Origin: Psammoneis japonica
Taxonomy: Eukaryota
Length of the DNA stretch: 64,000 nt
Assembly (NCBI GenBank): GCA_008632985.1
Contig: QPGO01000112.1
Span: 62,001 to 126,000 of the forward strand
Direction: 5' to 3'
Part shown: one piece after another, positions 22,335 to 33,583 of the stretch
Layout: each line of letters begins with the position of its first letter
Numbering within the stretch: position 1 is the stretch's first letter
The notes under the pieces: model-generated
Databases searched by the model: none
What the model was told of the DNA's origin: nothing
The model's input: the letters and a program-made list of their open reading frames with translations, nothing else
Program-made: the position numbers and the translations under genes

Positions 22335-24430
22335 TCAACGCCATGTTTGTTGTTGCATGCCCGCCCATCGCCCATCAACTGTTGCTCTGCAAAGACGGCT
22401 CACGGACAGACTCACGAATCTTTGCTGTGGCGGCTGGCGGGCAGGCATGGTGTGGCTGTGGGCGACAAGGGCTGTCCACAGACAATGTGACTCCGAAAAC
22501 TGTCATCCCGTTGGCAGGTCATCGAAATGGGAAGAGAAGCAAAAGTGAGAGGAGCAGAAAACAAAATATATTTGTGAAATGAAGGTCACCCAGAACAGCC
22601 TGTCAGATGGGCTGCAGTCTGTCCTGTCATTGTGCAGCGCACTTTGCATGATTTGGGTTGGCTGCCCACGAGACACCTCACCACACATGTTTCTCAATTT
22701 GTTTGCACAACATCTGGGATCAGAATCATCCAAGGAGTGGAAGAAGCCAAGGTCCATGCATGCAAGGTCAGCAAATTGATTCAAGTGACCAACAAAAAAG
22801 AAGAAGAAAAAGAAGTGTGCCGGTCAAAGAGCAACCACTTGACAAGGGTCCGAGGTTGATGAGCCAAGTTGAGAACCCAGAAAGAAGACTTGCTTCTTGA
22901 ACTCTGCACAATGAGGTTCTCCCCAAGGTTGGTTGGTTGAGTGAGTTGAGAATCATTCAAGGAAAATTTGCTTGAAAAAACCACCCACACAACAAGCAAG
23001 GCCCGAGGTCAACAAATCAAGCGAGAGCAGAGTCTTCTGTCTGCACTGCTTTCAAAAACATGCTGGCTGGGGTGCCATCTGCCAGCACATGGTGGTGCAA
23101 AAGAACTTCCATTGAGGGAAGACACTGCCACATGGTTTGCTCTCTAGATGATCCTGGCATGAAAGTCTGGCCAAGCCACATGTGGGACAAGGGTGCAGGA
23201 TGAAAACAGGGCAGATGCTGGTTTTTTTTGGAGGATCATCTTGGTCCCAAAGAAACTCTCCTGCTTTTGCCACTGCCAGCACCATGATGCCTTGCTTTTG
23301 ATGGCAGCCATGCATCCAAACTTGTCCTTGAGAATTTGTGTTGCATCCAGTTTTGTGCTGCCCCCAACTCAGGCTGCTTGAAGAGGTGGGAAGCAAGGTC
23401 TGTGAGAAGCCCAATGAAGCATGAGTGCAGTGTCTCCATTGGCAGATGAGTCAAAGAGCAATTTGTCATCTTGATCCCAAAGAAACTCTCCTGCTTGTGC
23501 CACTGCCAGCACCATGATGCCTTGCTTTTGATGGCAGCGATGCATCCAAACTTGTCCTTGAGAATTTGTGTTGCATCCAGTTTTGTGCTGCCCCCAACTC
23601 AGAGGCTGCTTGAAGAGATGGGAAGCAAGGTCAAAGAGAAACCCAATGAAGAAGTGCAGTGTCTCCATTGGCAGATGAGTCAAAGAGCAACTTGTTTGCT
23701 GTGTGCAAAGCTGGCTTGTCAAAAGTGTCATTTTGATTAGAGTGTTTGAGCTGTGCCGGAGGTGTTTTCAGCAATGCTTGGTGCAACTCCTTGCATGGCT
23801 CCATTGGCTGTGGCTGTTTTGGTGAAAAACTGCTCCAATTTGACAGTGCCCTCAGCAACCTCTGGCCCAGTGGATCTGCAGAAGAGGAGTTCTGCTGCTT
23901 GTCAAGAGGCATCTCTGATGCCATGATCCATTGTGGGGGGAGCAACCAACTCAAAGAGCCAGTCGGTTGCAACTGACTCACCAGGTCACAGAGTTCAATG
24001 TGTTTTGTGTTGGCGCTGTTCTTTTGGGAAGCCATGAAGAAAAGACTTCCAGCCCACAATGTGAGAGGTGTCTCCAATGCGGCCATGACATTCACTGTGG
24101 CAAGGCAACCAACTGAAGCCACCCACTTGGTCATGATCAACTCATCCAATCATGGAATTTGCTCTTGGCTGGAAACCAAAAGACCAGGAAAGAAAAACAC
24201 AAGCAATCCTTCTCAACAAGAAAATTGCCATCCTTTTCTTGCTGACTGGAATGGCTTGAACCACATGTGCCAGAGATTGAACAAGTGTGGCTTGCTCCAG
24301 TTGTTCCCATGCCTGGAACATTGGAAGAACAAATGGGGGGTGCAGACGTGGTCATCTTTTTGTCCCATCTGGGCTGCAGGTGCACTTGCACACAGGTTTC
24401 TTGCATCTTGTGCGGAATCTTTGCGATGAA
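22335..24430. mobile_element. Highly degenerate repeat patch, probably including a non-LTR retrotransposon 3' fragment on the minus strand
   Basis: Almost no TpA, few CpG in the core, and TG/CA-rich. The minus-strand IVGWKSFLHGF near 24050 resembles the IGW..FL.G motif of LINE ORF2 tails. Confidence 0.6.
23236..23695. repeat. Tandem duplication, 2 x ~230 bp
   Basis: TCATCTTG(G/A)TCCCAAAGAAACTCTCCTGC...GGCAGATGAGTCAAAGAGCAA occurs at 23236 and 23466. Confidence 0.95.
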
Positions 24431-24891
24431 AACAAATAATGTAAAAGCATCGAAAGCCGCTGCTCTGACGTGCCGGCGAAGACGGGCTTGAATGTCAACA
24501 ACGTTGGCGTATTTCTCATGCAGCAGTTCCTTGGCATTGAGTAATTTCTGTCCATGTCTCTCTAGGTGGACCAACTAAAGTAGCCACATACCAGAACTGC
24601 AATAGATAATGCTACTATACGGTGGATGCACTTGCTTCTACTCGAGTAGCAGTGACTTCTACTAGAGGAACGGTGGATACGTCGGGATAGCTATTTAATG
24701 CATACAACACACAAGATAAAGTATGTACTTTCCTCGTTGATCAGGCCTGAAATGCAAGCTGGATTCATTTCGCGAGGCTTTTGTGCTGAGGCGAAGCGAC
24801 GTCCATGAAGCTTGGAGCTGGTTGAGACTGCTTAACGAAAATTGAATATTGTTCATATTCACGTGGTGGGGTATGATTGATGCGATTGCTG

Positions 24892-26644
24892 TCATGAAGG
24901 TGAGTCCTTTTCCCTCAAAAGCTTTTCTAGCTGCTCGCATTTGCGTAGCAGTTGTTTTTCCTTCGCAGCTGCCTCGGCTCTTACGGACTCCAGCATCTCT
25001 TGTGCTGACCTTGCGTCGTCCTTTGCCTTCTCCAGTTCCTCATTCAACTTCATCGTATCCTCGAGCACGTTGAAACTGCTGTCTCTTCCCGGGAAGATTA
25101 TTTGCCGTCGCTGCCTCTGCTGGTGCCGTTCAATTTCCAGCGTATCGAGTGTTCGTTCAAGCCTAAGGGACAATTCAGAAATGATTACATCGCGCTTCCG
25201 CACAGCGTCTTCCGCAACATCAAGTCCATGTTCTTCGTACTGAGCTAGTGATTCGTACAATCCATTATTTTCCGTTTGCGTTTTCTGTTGCTCATCGAGA
25301 TCAGCCCGAAATGTTTGAACTTCTGACGAGAGGGCGTTCCTGTCTGCCTGAGCCATGATCAGCTCCGATTCCAGGTTCGTCTCTTCTTCCTCTCGGATGG
25401 CAGCTTCCTTGCTCCAGTGATTACACATCATTGAAGATTTTGAGAGCTTTGAGTGGATATCTTGCTGCCACCGTGACTGTGTATTATGAGAATAAAAGAG
25501 AAATCCACGAAAAGCTTAGAACAGGCGCAGTATAACTGCGATGTCAACATCACGCATTGCTATCCATAGTACATACCCGTTCCCGAGTCATTGATTCAAT
25601 CTGTCTCTTATGTCTCCCAGACACATCTTGAAGTCGCTGTGACGCCTCGCTCAATGCACTAGGCCCTGTACCCGACCCAACTCGTCCGAGTTTCTTCTTT
25701 CTGCTCTGGTTCTCGCAGGTCGAACATTGATACTCTCCTCGCAGGGACACACTACGTAAGTACTCCAAGTCTGCTTGAACCGCATAGAGTCGAGCAGTGA
25801 GGTCTTCACAGGAAGAGCAAGTCGAACCCGTTGTGGATGCTTGCTGGCGTGCATTTCGCCCAGGTCGTGGAACTGGTTTGGAGAGACTCACGTAATCACC
25901 TCCTGCATGATTCGCTGCGTTTGAAACCCCAGTTGGTGTGAGCTTCCTCGCTTTCTCCGAGTCGGTAGTGGAACCAAAAGACTCTCCCCTGCTTACACTC
26001 TCTTTAGGGTTCATACTATTATCGCCTGGACGTATTCTAGCTCTTTCGGTAATTGAGGAGGATCTCGACTGTTGCTGATGTTGTTGCACAAAGGCAGTCT
26101 CGTTCAGATACTTTCCGGTTGTGACGGACTTTGTTGATCGATTTGGGTCTGCGGATAGGATCGTCATGTTAGCATCTCCTGGTAGATCAAACAGCCCAAT
26201 GGCCCATCTCATCGAGTTATTGTCTTCTGATTTGCTGAGTTTTGGCTTTGAGGCAGCTTCTCTCTTGTCCCCCTCCTTTTGCTTGGACGCTGTCGCACTC
26301 CCTTCTGGCTCGTCTTTTTCTTTTGTCATTGCCATTTCTCTCACCAAATCCGAATGAGATCTCGTTCGCTGTAATCGTCTTCGATTCTTTCGCGAATTGA
26401 ATCTTCTTATAGCCCGGGCTTCCGGATCGTCCCATGTAGTTGCTGTAGCAGTCGTAGCGGTGTCACCGCCTCGCAATTCCGATTTTCTTCTCCCCGGCGA
26501 ACGGGGAGCTTCAGTATTTGTTGAGGTTTCTTGCACATCTTTTCCCCTATTATCTTCTGCCTGATTCTTTCCGTCAAGAAACACCGAATGTTTGTTGTTT
26601 ACCTTGGTCCAGATGTTGACCCACCCTTGCAGCCCACCAGGCAT
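24892..26644 (-). CDS. Coiled-coil protein with disordered N-terminus and two CxxC pairs, 2 exons
   Basis: ORFs 25550-26644 and 24892-25431 are joined by a GTATGT...ACACAG intron at about 25576-25477. CSSC and CSTC flank a helix, and the C-terminus is heptad-rich. Confidence 0.7.
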
Positions 26645-27275
26645 TTTTATGATTCAAATTAAAAAGTCGCTAAACGACTGTCCCCCCAGCACGCACCTCT
26701 CGTGTCTCACCGATGGATTCTTATCGCATAACTCTGAATCTTCCTCTTTGATAGTATCTTTTTTACTCTAGTTTGAATAAAGGACTCTTCAGCAGACAGC
26801 GCAATCGCAAATGTTACAAGAACTAACAGCTCACTTTTGTAGCAGTGTCTCAGCATCGATCGCCTGTTTTCAACAGCCCAAACTCAAGGTGTCAACAGCC
26901 TTGCGCGACTTCGTGCGAGCAACCACGACCACCAGTATTTAACTGTCTATTTCACGAATATTTCTACGTGCCTCTGGTACTGAGCGATTTTTACGATCAA
27001 AGCATGGGAGTTGTCGCGTTACCACTTTCATAGATTTCAGATTCCGCATTCCATACAGGTACCACCGTACTTCGTATTTTCGTCGCGTTGTTTTCACGAC
27101 AGTAGGAACTACAGTACTCTACTAGTACGGTAGCAGGGACACTGGGTAGGTGACTGTGCGGTGTTGTGTAGAGAACTTGTTACTTCGACAACACCAAACA
27201 GCACGTTTCGACGAGACTTACTCTTTTGTTTCTATCGTTGCTGCGATTATCCTTATTCTATAAGTAGAACTGAAA

Positions 27276-30200
27276 ATGGCATCCGTAGAACGCAATCAAA
27301 AAGAAGACGCTCGCGGCGGAGTGGCATTTGGAACGGCTGTGGGATATGACGACGCCTACGCAGACGCTACTGGCAACGGTGAGTTTGTCAAGGAGCTGCA
27401 GGAGCTTTCCGATGACGAAGGAGACGCCGTGGACGAAGGACGTGTTAGCAGTCATCCGAGTACGCGACAGCAGGTAAGTGAATCACAGCTTTTGTGTATT
27501 GAAAGAACTTGTTGCAGGAATTACTCACATTATACGAAATATCGCTTCTCTTTTCCGCAGTCGCAGGACGATGAGAAGGATACTGTACTGCCTCCAGAAG
27601 GCAGTTCTGGCTTGGTCAACACGAGGATTGCAGACCGAGAGTCGGAGTATCAGAAACGCCGCCATGCACGGGAGTTACGGCCGGACGGAATGTCCTTCAA
27701 GGACGCTATGCAACACGCTTCGCTCGAACGGGAAAAGCACGAGCTCGTCAACGAGGCACGCAAGGACCTGTTGGACGAGAACGGAGACATGAAGCAAACA
27801 ACCACGAGGAGGCGGCGGCGATGGGATGATTCGTCCAACACGAAGGAGCCTCCAGCCACCAACGGCACCACGACGGCGATTGTGAGCGACGCGGATTCTG
27901 TGGCTTCTGAATCGAAATCTCGTTGGGACGATGATACCGCCAAACCCGCTCCCAGGAGGAGAAAGCGCTGGGACGAAACGCCCGTTGTGGCTGCTGCGGC
28001 GGCAACGCCACTTGTTTCCTCTTCTGGTATGCCTGATGCGACTCCTGTTGTGGGAACGGCGAGTCGTTGGGATGAAACACCGGTTGTACAGCCAAGCACC
28101 GGTGAGGTTGCCGGTGAGCGAAAGCGAAGTCGGTGGGATGCTACACCGGGGCCCACCCCCGTAGCTCCCATTCCACAGACTCCTGTCACGGGGAATCTCG
28201 CAAAAGCCTTGTCGCTTGAGAAAGAAATGGAGTCGAGGAATCGTCCCTGGACGGAAGCAGCCCTCGATGCCATTTTGCCGTCTGAAGGATACACGATTAT
28301 GCGGCCGCCTACAACCTATGTTCCGCTGCGTACGCCTGCTCGAAAGCTTCTAGCGACACCCACGCCCATAGGTATGACACCAGCGGGCTTCCAGATGGAT
28401 GTGCCTATTGAGCAGCGCCAGGAGACCGAGAGTGTCAAGGACGTGTTGGAGGCATATGGTGTTCCTTTACCGCCATCGGGGGCGGAAGAACAAAGCGCTG
28501 GTGGGTTGCCTTATATAAAGCCAGAAGACATGCAATACTTTGGTCGACTCATGGAGGATGTCGAAGAGGATGCCATGGGCAAGCAAGAAGCAAACGAAAG
28601 ACGCATCATGTCGCTCTTGCTCAAAATCAAGAGCGGGACGCCACCACAGCGCAAGACTGCCATGCGCCAAATCACAGACAAGGCACGATCCTTTGGTGCG
28701 GGGCCGCTCTTTGATCAAATCCTTCCCTTGCTCATGAGTCCGACGTTGGAGGACCAAGAACGTCACTTGCTTGTCAAGGTTGTCGACCGTGTGTTGTACA
28801 AGCTGGATGATTTGGTGCGACCATATGTGCACAGGATTTTGGCTGTCATTGAGCCTCTTCTCATTGACGAAGACTACTATGCACGGGTAGAGGGACGAGA
28901 GATTATCAGTAATCTTGCCAAGGCTGCTGGTCTGGCCACTATGATTGCCACGATGCGTCCTGACATTGACAGTCCAGACGAGTATGTCAGAAACACAACC
29001 TCGCGAGCGTTTGCGGTGGTAGCGAGCGCTCTTGGTGTTCCGTCTTTGCTTCCCTTTCTCAAGGCCGTTTGTCAATCCAGAAAGTCTTGGCAGGCTCGCC
29101 ATACCGGGATCAAGATTGTGCAGCAGATTGCGCTGCTTATGGGATGCGCCATTCTTCCGTACTTGCGAGAGCTCGTGGAGATTGTTAGTCATGGCCTCAC
29201 GGATGAAATGCAAAAGGTCAGAATTATTACAGCATTGACTCTTGCTGCGCTTGCTGAGGCCGCTCACCCGTACGGAATTGAGAGTTTTGACTCTGTCATT
29301 CGTCCTCTGTGGAAGGGTGCATTGGAGCATCACGGGAAAGCTTTGGCTGCGTTTCTCAAGGCAATCGGTTTTGTGATTCCTCTAATGGAGGAGAACTACG
29401 CCAGTCACTCTACTCGACTGGTCATGCCTGTGCTTCTGAGGGAGTTCAATTCGCCGGATGAAGAGATGAAGAAGATTGTTCTCAAGGCGATTCAGCAGTG
29501 TGTAGCTACTGCGGGGGTGGAGCCTGAGTACATTCGCAAAGAAATCTTGCCTGAATTCTTCAAGTGCTTTTGGATTCGCCGCATGGCGCTTGATCGAAGG
29601 AATTATCAGCAGGTCGTGGAAACAACTGAGGCGCTGGCAAACCAAGTTGGTAGCTCCGACGTGGTAAGCCGCATTGTGGATGACCTGAAGGATGATTCCG
29701 AGCCGTACAGACGCATGGTGATGGAAACCATTATGAAGGTACTGAACAATCTCGGCGCCAGTGACATTGACGATCGCCTTGAGGAGCGGTTGATCGATGG
29801 TATTCTTTACGCTTTCCAAGAACAAGCTGTAGATGCCAGTACCATGGGCATCTCAGGCTCAGGGAAAGAGGGTCAAGTCATGTTGGACGGGTTTGGTGCT
29901 GTCGTCAATGCACTCGGAGAACGCTGTAAACCTTACCTGAAGCAAATAGCTGCCACCATCAAGTGGCGTCTCAACAACAAGGCGGCCTCGGTCCGAATGC
30001 AAGCAGCAGATCTCATTGCGAGAATAGCCGTTGTGATGAAGGCGTGCGGGGAAGACCAGCTCATGGGCCACCTTGGAGTGGTGCTATACGAATATCTTGG
30101 AGAGGAGTTCCCAGAAGTGCTTGGGTCAATTCTCGGTGCGCTACGGGCCATTGTCAACGTCATTGGTATGACGAAAATGACCCCACCAATCAGAGATTTG

Positions 30201-31181
30201 TTGCCGCGGTTGACTCCAATCTTGCGTAATCGTCACGAGAAGGTTCAGGAAAACTGTATCGACTTGGTAAGTGCTCTCTGTATATTGGACTTTCTTATTG
30301 GGGTTCTTGATGCTCGTTGTGACGTGATGAATATTATCTATGGCTCTAACAATAGGTTTGTTTACGTTTCTTCTTTACAGGTTGGGAGAATTGCCGATCG
30401 AGGCGCCGAGTTCGTTTCAGCGAAGGAATGGATGAGAATATGTTTTGAGCTTCTCGAGATGCTGAAGGCTCACAAAAAGGGAATCCGTAGGGCGGCAGTC
30501 AGTACCTTTGGTTATATTGCCAAGGCTATCGGACCGCAGGATGTTCTTCATACACTTCTGAATAACCTGAAAGTGCAGGATCGGCAGATGCGTGTGTGCA
30601 CGACGGTCGCTATTGCCATTGTGTCTGAATCTTGTGGTCCCTTTACGGTCCTTCCTGCGCTAATGAACGAGTATCGCGTCCCAGAGCTGAATATCCAGAA
30701 TGGTGCGTTGAAAGCTCTGAGCTTCATGTTTGAGTACATTGGGGAAATGGGTAAAGACTACGCTTATGCAGTTGTACCCTTGTTGGAAGACGCTCTCATG
30801 GACCGAGACGCAGTCCACCGACAAACCGCGTGCGCCACAGTGAAGCATTTGTCACTCGGAGTTGCAAATCTTGGGTGTGAAGACGCTCTCCTCCACCTGC
30901 TCAATTTCGTCTGGCCCAATATCTTCGAAGAGAGCCCGCATGTCATTCAATCTGTCTTTGACGCCATTCAAGGCTTAATGGTCGCACTCGGTCCGAACTT
31001 GATTTTGCAATACGTGTTTCAAGGATTGTATCATCCAGCTCGGAAAGTTCGTGAGGTGTACTGGCGTGTGTTTAACACCCTCTACATTTACTCTTCCGAT
31101 GCCCTTGTTATGGGATACCCAACGATCGAGAATGAGGGGGAAAACATTTACTCTCGTCCATCTCTGGAACTCTTCCTTTAG
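27276..31181 (+). CDS. SF3B1: Splicing factor 3B subunit 1
   Basis: RWDETP repeats, [15 protein letters not shown] and HEAT repeats ([32 protein letters not shown]). In-frame introns at 27474-27560 and 30267-30380. Confidence 0.98.
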   Translation: MASVERNQKEDARGGVAFGTAVGYDDAYADATGNGEFVKELQELSDDEGDAVDEGRVSSHPSTRQQVSESQLLCIERTCCRNYSHYTKYRFSFPQSQDDEKDTVLPPEGSSGLVNTRIADRESEYQKRRHARELRPDGMSFKDAMQHASLEREKHELVNEARKDLLDENGDMKQTTTRRRRRWDDSSNTKEPPATNGTTTAIVSDADSVASESKSRWDDDTAKPAPRRRKRWDETPVVAAAAATPLVSSSGMPDATPVVGTASRWDETPVVQPSTGEVAGERKRSRWDATPGPTPVAPIPQTPVTGNLAKALSLEKEMESRNRPWTEAALDAILPSEGYTIMRPPTTYVPLRTPARKLLATPTPIGMTPAGFQMDVPIEQRQETESVKDVLEAYGVPLPPSGAEEQSAGGLPYIKPEDMQYFGRLMEDVEEDAMGKQEANERRIMSLLLKIKSGTPPQRKTAMRQITDKARSFGAGPLFDQILPLLMSPTLEDQERHLLVKVVDRVLYKLDDLVRPYVHRILAVIEPLLIDEDYYARVEGREIISNLAKAAGLATMIATMRPDIDSPDEYVRNTTSRAFAVVASALGVPSLLPFLKAVCQSRKSWQARHTGIKIVQQIALLMGCAILPYLRELVEIVSHGLTDEMQKVRIITALTLAALAEAAHPYGIESFDSVIRPLWKGALEHHGKALAAFLKAIGFVIPLMEENYASHSTRLVMPVLLREFNSPDEEMKKIVLKAIQQCVATAGVEPEYIRKEILPEFFKCFWIRRMALDRRNYQQVVETTEALANQVGSSDVVSRIVDDLKDDSEPYRRMVMETIMKVLNNLGASDIDDRLEERLIDGILYAFQEQAVDASTMGISGSGKEGQVMLDGFGAVVNALGERCKPYLKQIAATIKWRLNNKAASVRMQAADLIARIAVVMKACGEDQLMGHLGVVLYEYLGEEFPEVLGSILGALRAIVNVIGMTKMTPPIRDLLPRLTPILRNRHEKVQENCIDLVSALCILDFLIGVLDARCDVMNIIYGSNNRFVYVSSLQVGRIADRGAEFVSAKEWMRICFELLEMLKAHKKGIRRAAVSTFGYIAKAIGPQDVLHTLLNNLKVQDRQMRVCTTVAIAIVSESCGPFTVLPALMNEYRVPELNIQNGALKALSFMFEYIGEMGKDYAYAVVPLLEDALMDRDAVHRQTACATVKHLSLGVANLGCEDALLHLLNFVWPNIFEESPHVIQSVFDAIQGLMVALGPNLILQYVFQGLYHPARKVREVYWRVFNTLYIYSSDALVMGYPTIENEGENIYSRPSLELFL

Positions 31182-31693
31182 CCTTGTAAGTATCGGCCTC
31201 TTTACCTCTACTTTATCAGCATCCATGATTTTTGAGACATTCGAGACTCTCGCTTGCATTCTCTCTGTTAGCTCTCCTTCATCTAGCACGACGACAGATC
31301 CTGTGGTTTTTAAATATATGTTACTCTAGCACATGACCCGACTCTTACTCCGTTTTAACAATAGCATGCAGTCTCGAGCTCACAATTCGACGCATTGTGT
31401 ATGACCTTGCCGTCTGCTACTGTACTCTGACTGATTGAAGTATGGTTAGCTAGTTCGTCCGTCACTTAGAAATGCGAGCAAAGCTGCTGCAGCTGCGCGC
31501 TTCGTTCTCTCTCAAGCTCATGAGAGTGGCTAGCGAGCAAGAGAGGAATCCCTTAGGTCCTATAGAGAAACAACAGATCCAGCAACTTAAGGTGGACCTT
31601 GTAGGACATGAGTCAACTATTACTATGTTTTTAACAATCATGCAGTTTCGAAACTTCAAATTTTATGCAAGTTCACTTTTGTTTTTAGTGGCC

Positions 31694-33214
31694 TTAAATA
31701 CCCGACATGCTGCTCAACTCAGTCCAGCCAAAATCGTCAGTCGACTCGTAGAGCTTGTTCTCCGATGCCCACGTATTAAATGTATCGCAAAGATTGTCTG
31801 ATGCTTTCGAAACCGTCAGCTCAACGTCGCTTTTACCTGGTCTCTTCACCTTCAAATCCGGAAAGGCGCAGCATTCGATGGATTGCCTAGCAAAGTCATA
31901 GTGCTGGCAAAGACGCTTGTGTGCTGCCTCTACACGGGTAGACGACGGGCGTTTGTCTTCTGGTATATAACCGAAATGCACGCCTGTGGTACCTATAATA
32001 GCATCAATGGCGTTGAATTCGCTGTCTGACAAGGATGGTACGAGATTGTATTCGCAACCTTCACAGTCCACGTTGACAACGACTGAGCGCGGCGGATCTG
32101 CTTCAAGGTCTTCCTCTGCAGTGGCTTCTGCCAATATGGATCGAAACGTTCGGAGTCGCACGACAATCTCCACATCATCGTCGCGGTGTTCCGACTTACG
32201 CGTCCAAGACCTTGTTGTTCCTGTAGACCAGGGCCTCCACATGAACTTGCCCATGCCATCATTCTTTTGTCCAACGCCAGCCAAAACCGGTGTCGGGAGT
32301 TTTGAACCAGTAGGAAGGTTACAAACAATGTTTAGGCGCGAAAGCAGCCATGACGGTGCTGCGGGTTCAACAGGAAGAACCGTTGATCCTGGATAAAGAA
32401 GAGCTACTGCCAAAGAGGAAAGGCCTAGACCTGAACCAATGTCGATAAAGAGTCGTCCCGGGCCAAGGACGCTTCGAAGATCCCAAACACCACTGGTTTC
32501 CTCATTCAGCGTTGCGACAAGATACTCCACAGTTTCGTCGTTCCAAGGGGCCCAAATGTTGAGTGTATTTTTCGCGAGCGTTCTTTCTGACTCGGTCGCC
32601 CAATCCAGTGTCGTCTTAATCATATCTAGGCTCATTTGAGAACGCGCAGAAGCCCATACATCAAGCAGGGCCTCCCGCTTGGATCCTAAAGCGTCGCACT
32701 TGAAGGCTGCTGCAGTGACGTGGCTTGGTAGATTAGATGTACCGGCTACAAGACACATAAGTTCTTTCGCAGTGACACGAGCAGAAGTTGCATACAGTGG
32801 ATCTACAAGGTCGTCGACTCCGGGCTGCCATTCTTCGTTTCCCGCGTCACCTTCTCCCGATACACCTTCAAGCCGCCTCTGAGCAACAGCTTCTAATCCT
32901 TGGGCAGCTTCTCCCCCTGCTTCTCCTCCCAGCGACTCACACGCTAAGCTCTTGATTATATCCATAGCAATCGCATTGTGAGAGTTATCAACCGACGGGA
33001 TGGGCAAAAGGTGCTGGCTCTCAGCCCTAAGCCGTCCTCGAACTCGCGGTTCTCCACCCCGGAAAAAGAACCACGCCAATGTTAGACACGAAGCTGCGAC
33101 TGCACCGACAATCAACACGAGCAGTTTCTGAAGAGGCATACTCCCGCCAGATCCCCGCGCTCCTCTCCTGTTGCCAAGTCGGCTGCCGACGGACGCAGAC
33201 TTTCGCCGCATCAT
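31694..33214 (-). CDS. FkbM/Methyltransf_21-like SAM-dependent methyltransferase, type II membrane protein
   Basis: N-terminal TM LLVLIVGAVAASCLTLAWFFF, motif I LFIDIGSGLG...VEP, and VNVDCEGCEY. Confidence 0.8.
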   Translation of the reverse strand: MMRRKSASVGSRLGNRRGARGSGGSMPLQKLLVLIVGAVAASCLTLAWFFFRGGEPRVRGRLRAESQHLLPIPSVDNSHNAIAMDIIKSLACESLGGEAGGEAAQGLEAVAQRRLEGVSGEGDAGNEEWQPGVDDLVDPLYATSARVTAKELMCLVAGTSNLPSHVTAAAFKCDALGSKREALLDVWASARSQMSLDMIKTTLDWATESERTLAKNTLNIWAPWNDETVEYLVATLNEETSGVWDLRSVLGPGRLFIDIGSGLGLSSLAVALLYPGSTVLPVEPAAPSWLLSRLNIVCNLPTGSKLPTPVLAGVGQKNDGMGKFMWRPWSTGTTRSWTRKSEHRDDDVEIVVRLRTFRSILAEATAEEDLEADPPRSVVVNVDCEGCEYNLVPSLSDSEFNAIDAIIGTTGVHFGYIPEDKRPSSTRVEAAHKRLCQHYDFARQSIECCAFPDLKVKRPGKSDVELTVSKASDNLCDTFNTWASENKLYESTDDFGWTELSSMSGI

Positions 33215-33583
33215 GGTAAGAACCTTCTTCAAAGTATGCGGAAGATAAACAATAGGCAGCAATGACTGCTTTTGCTGCTTCCCAGATCTTTGAGCTTTGT
33301 TTACGCGTTGTGGTGTGAATGAAGCATAGTACTGGAAGCACGTAGAATTCTACGGCTCGCAGTATTTTCGAGCGTTGAAGCGCAGATTCACGACAGGGGG
33401 ACAGACGATCACTCTATCTTGGATCTATCTATCTCCCTGCCTCATCTATCATCTCCACGACGACATCCATCTACTGTACTAATGAATTTATCATTGATCT
33501 TCTCTATAAAACGCAGTCACCATTATTTATCTAGAGCCTTTTTTTAAGTAAAACAAACGGGGCGGTGACCTCTCTCCTAGAGA

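Noticed and set aside
27650..29825. Long antisense ORFs within SF3B1
   Set aside because: Shadow frames of a conserved coding sequence with no recognisable motifs.
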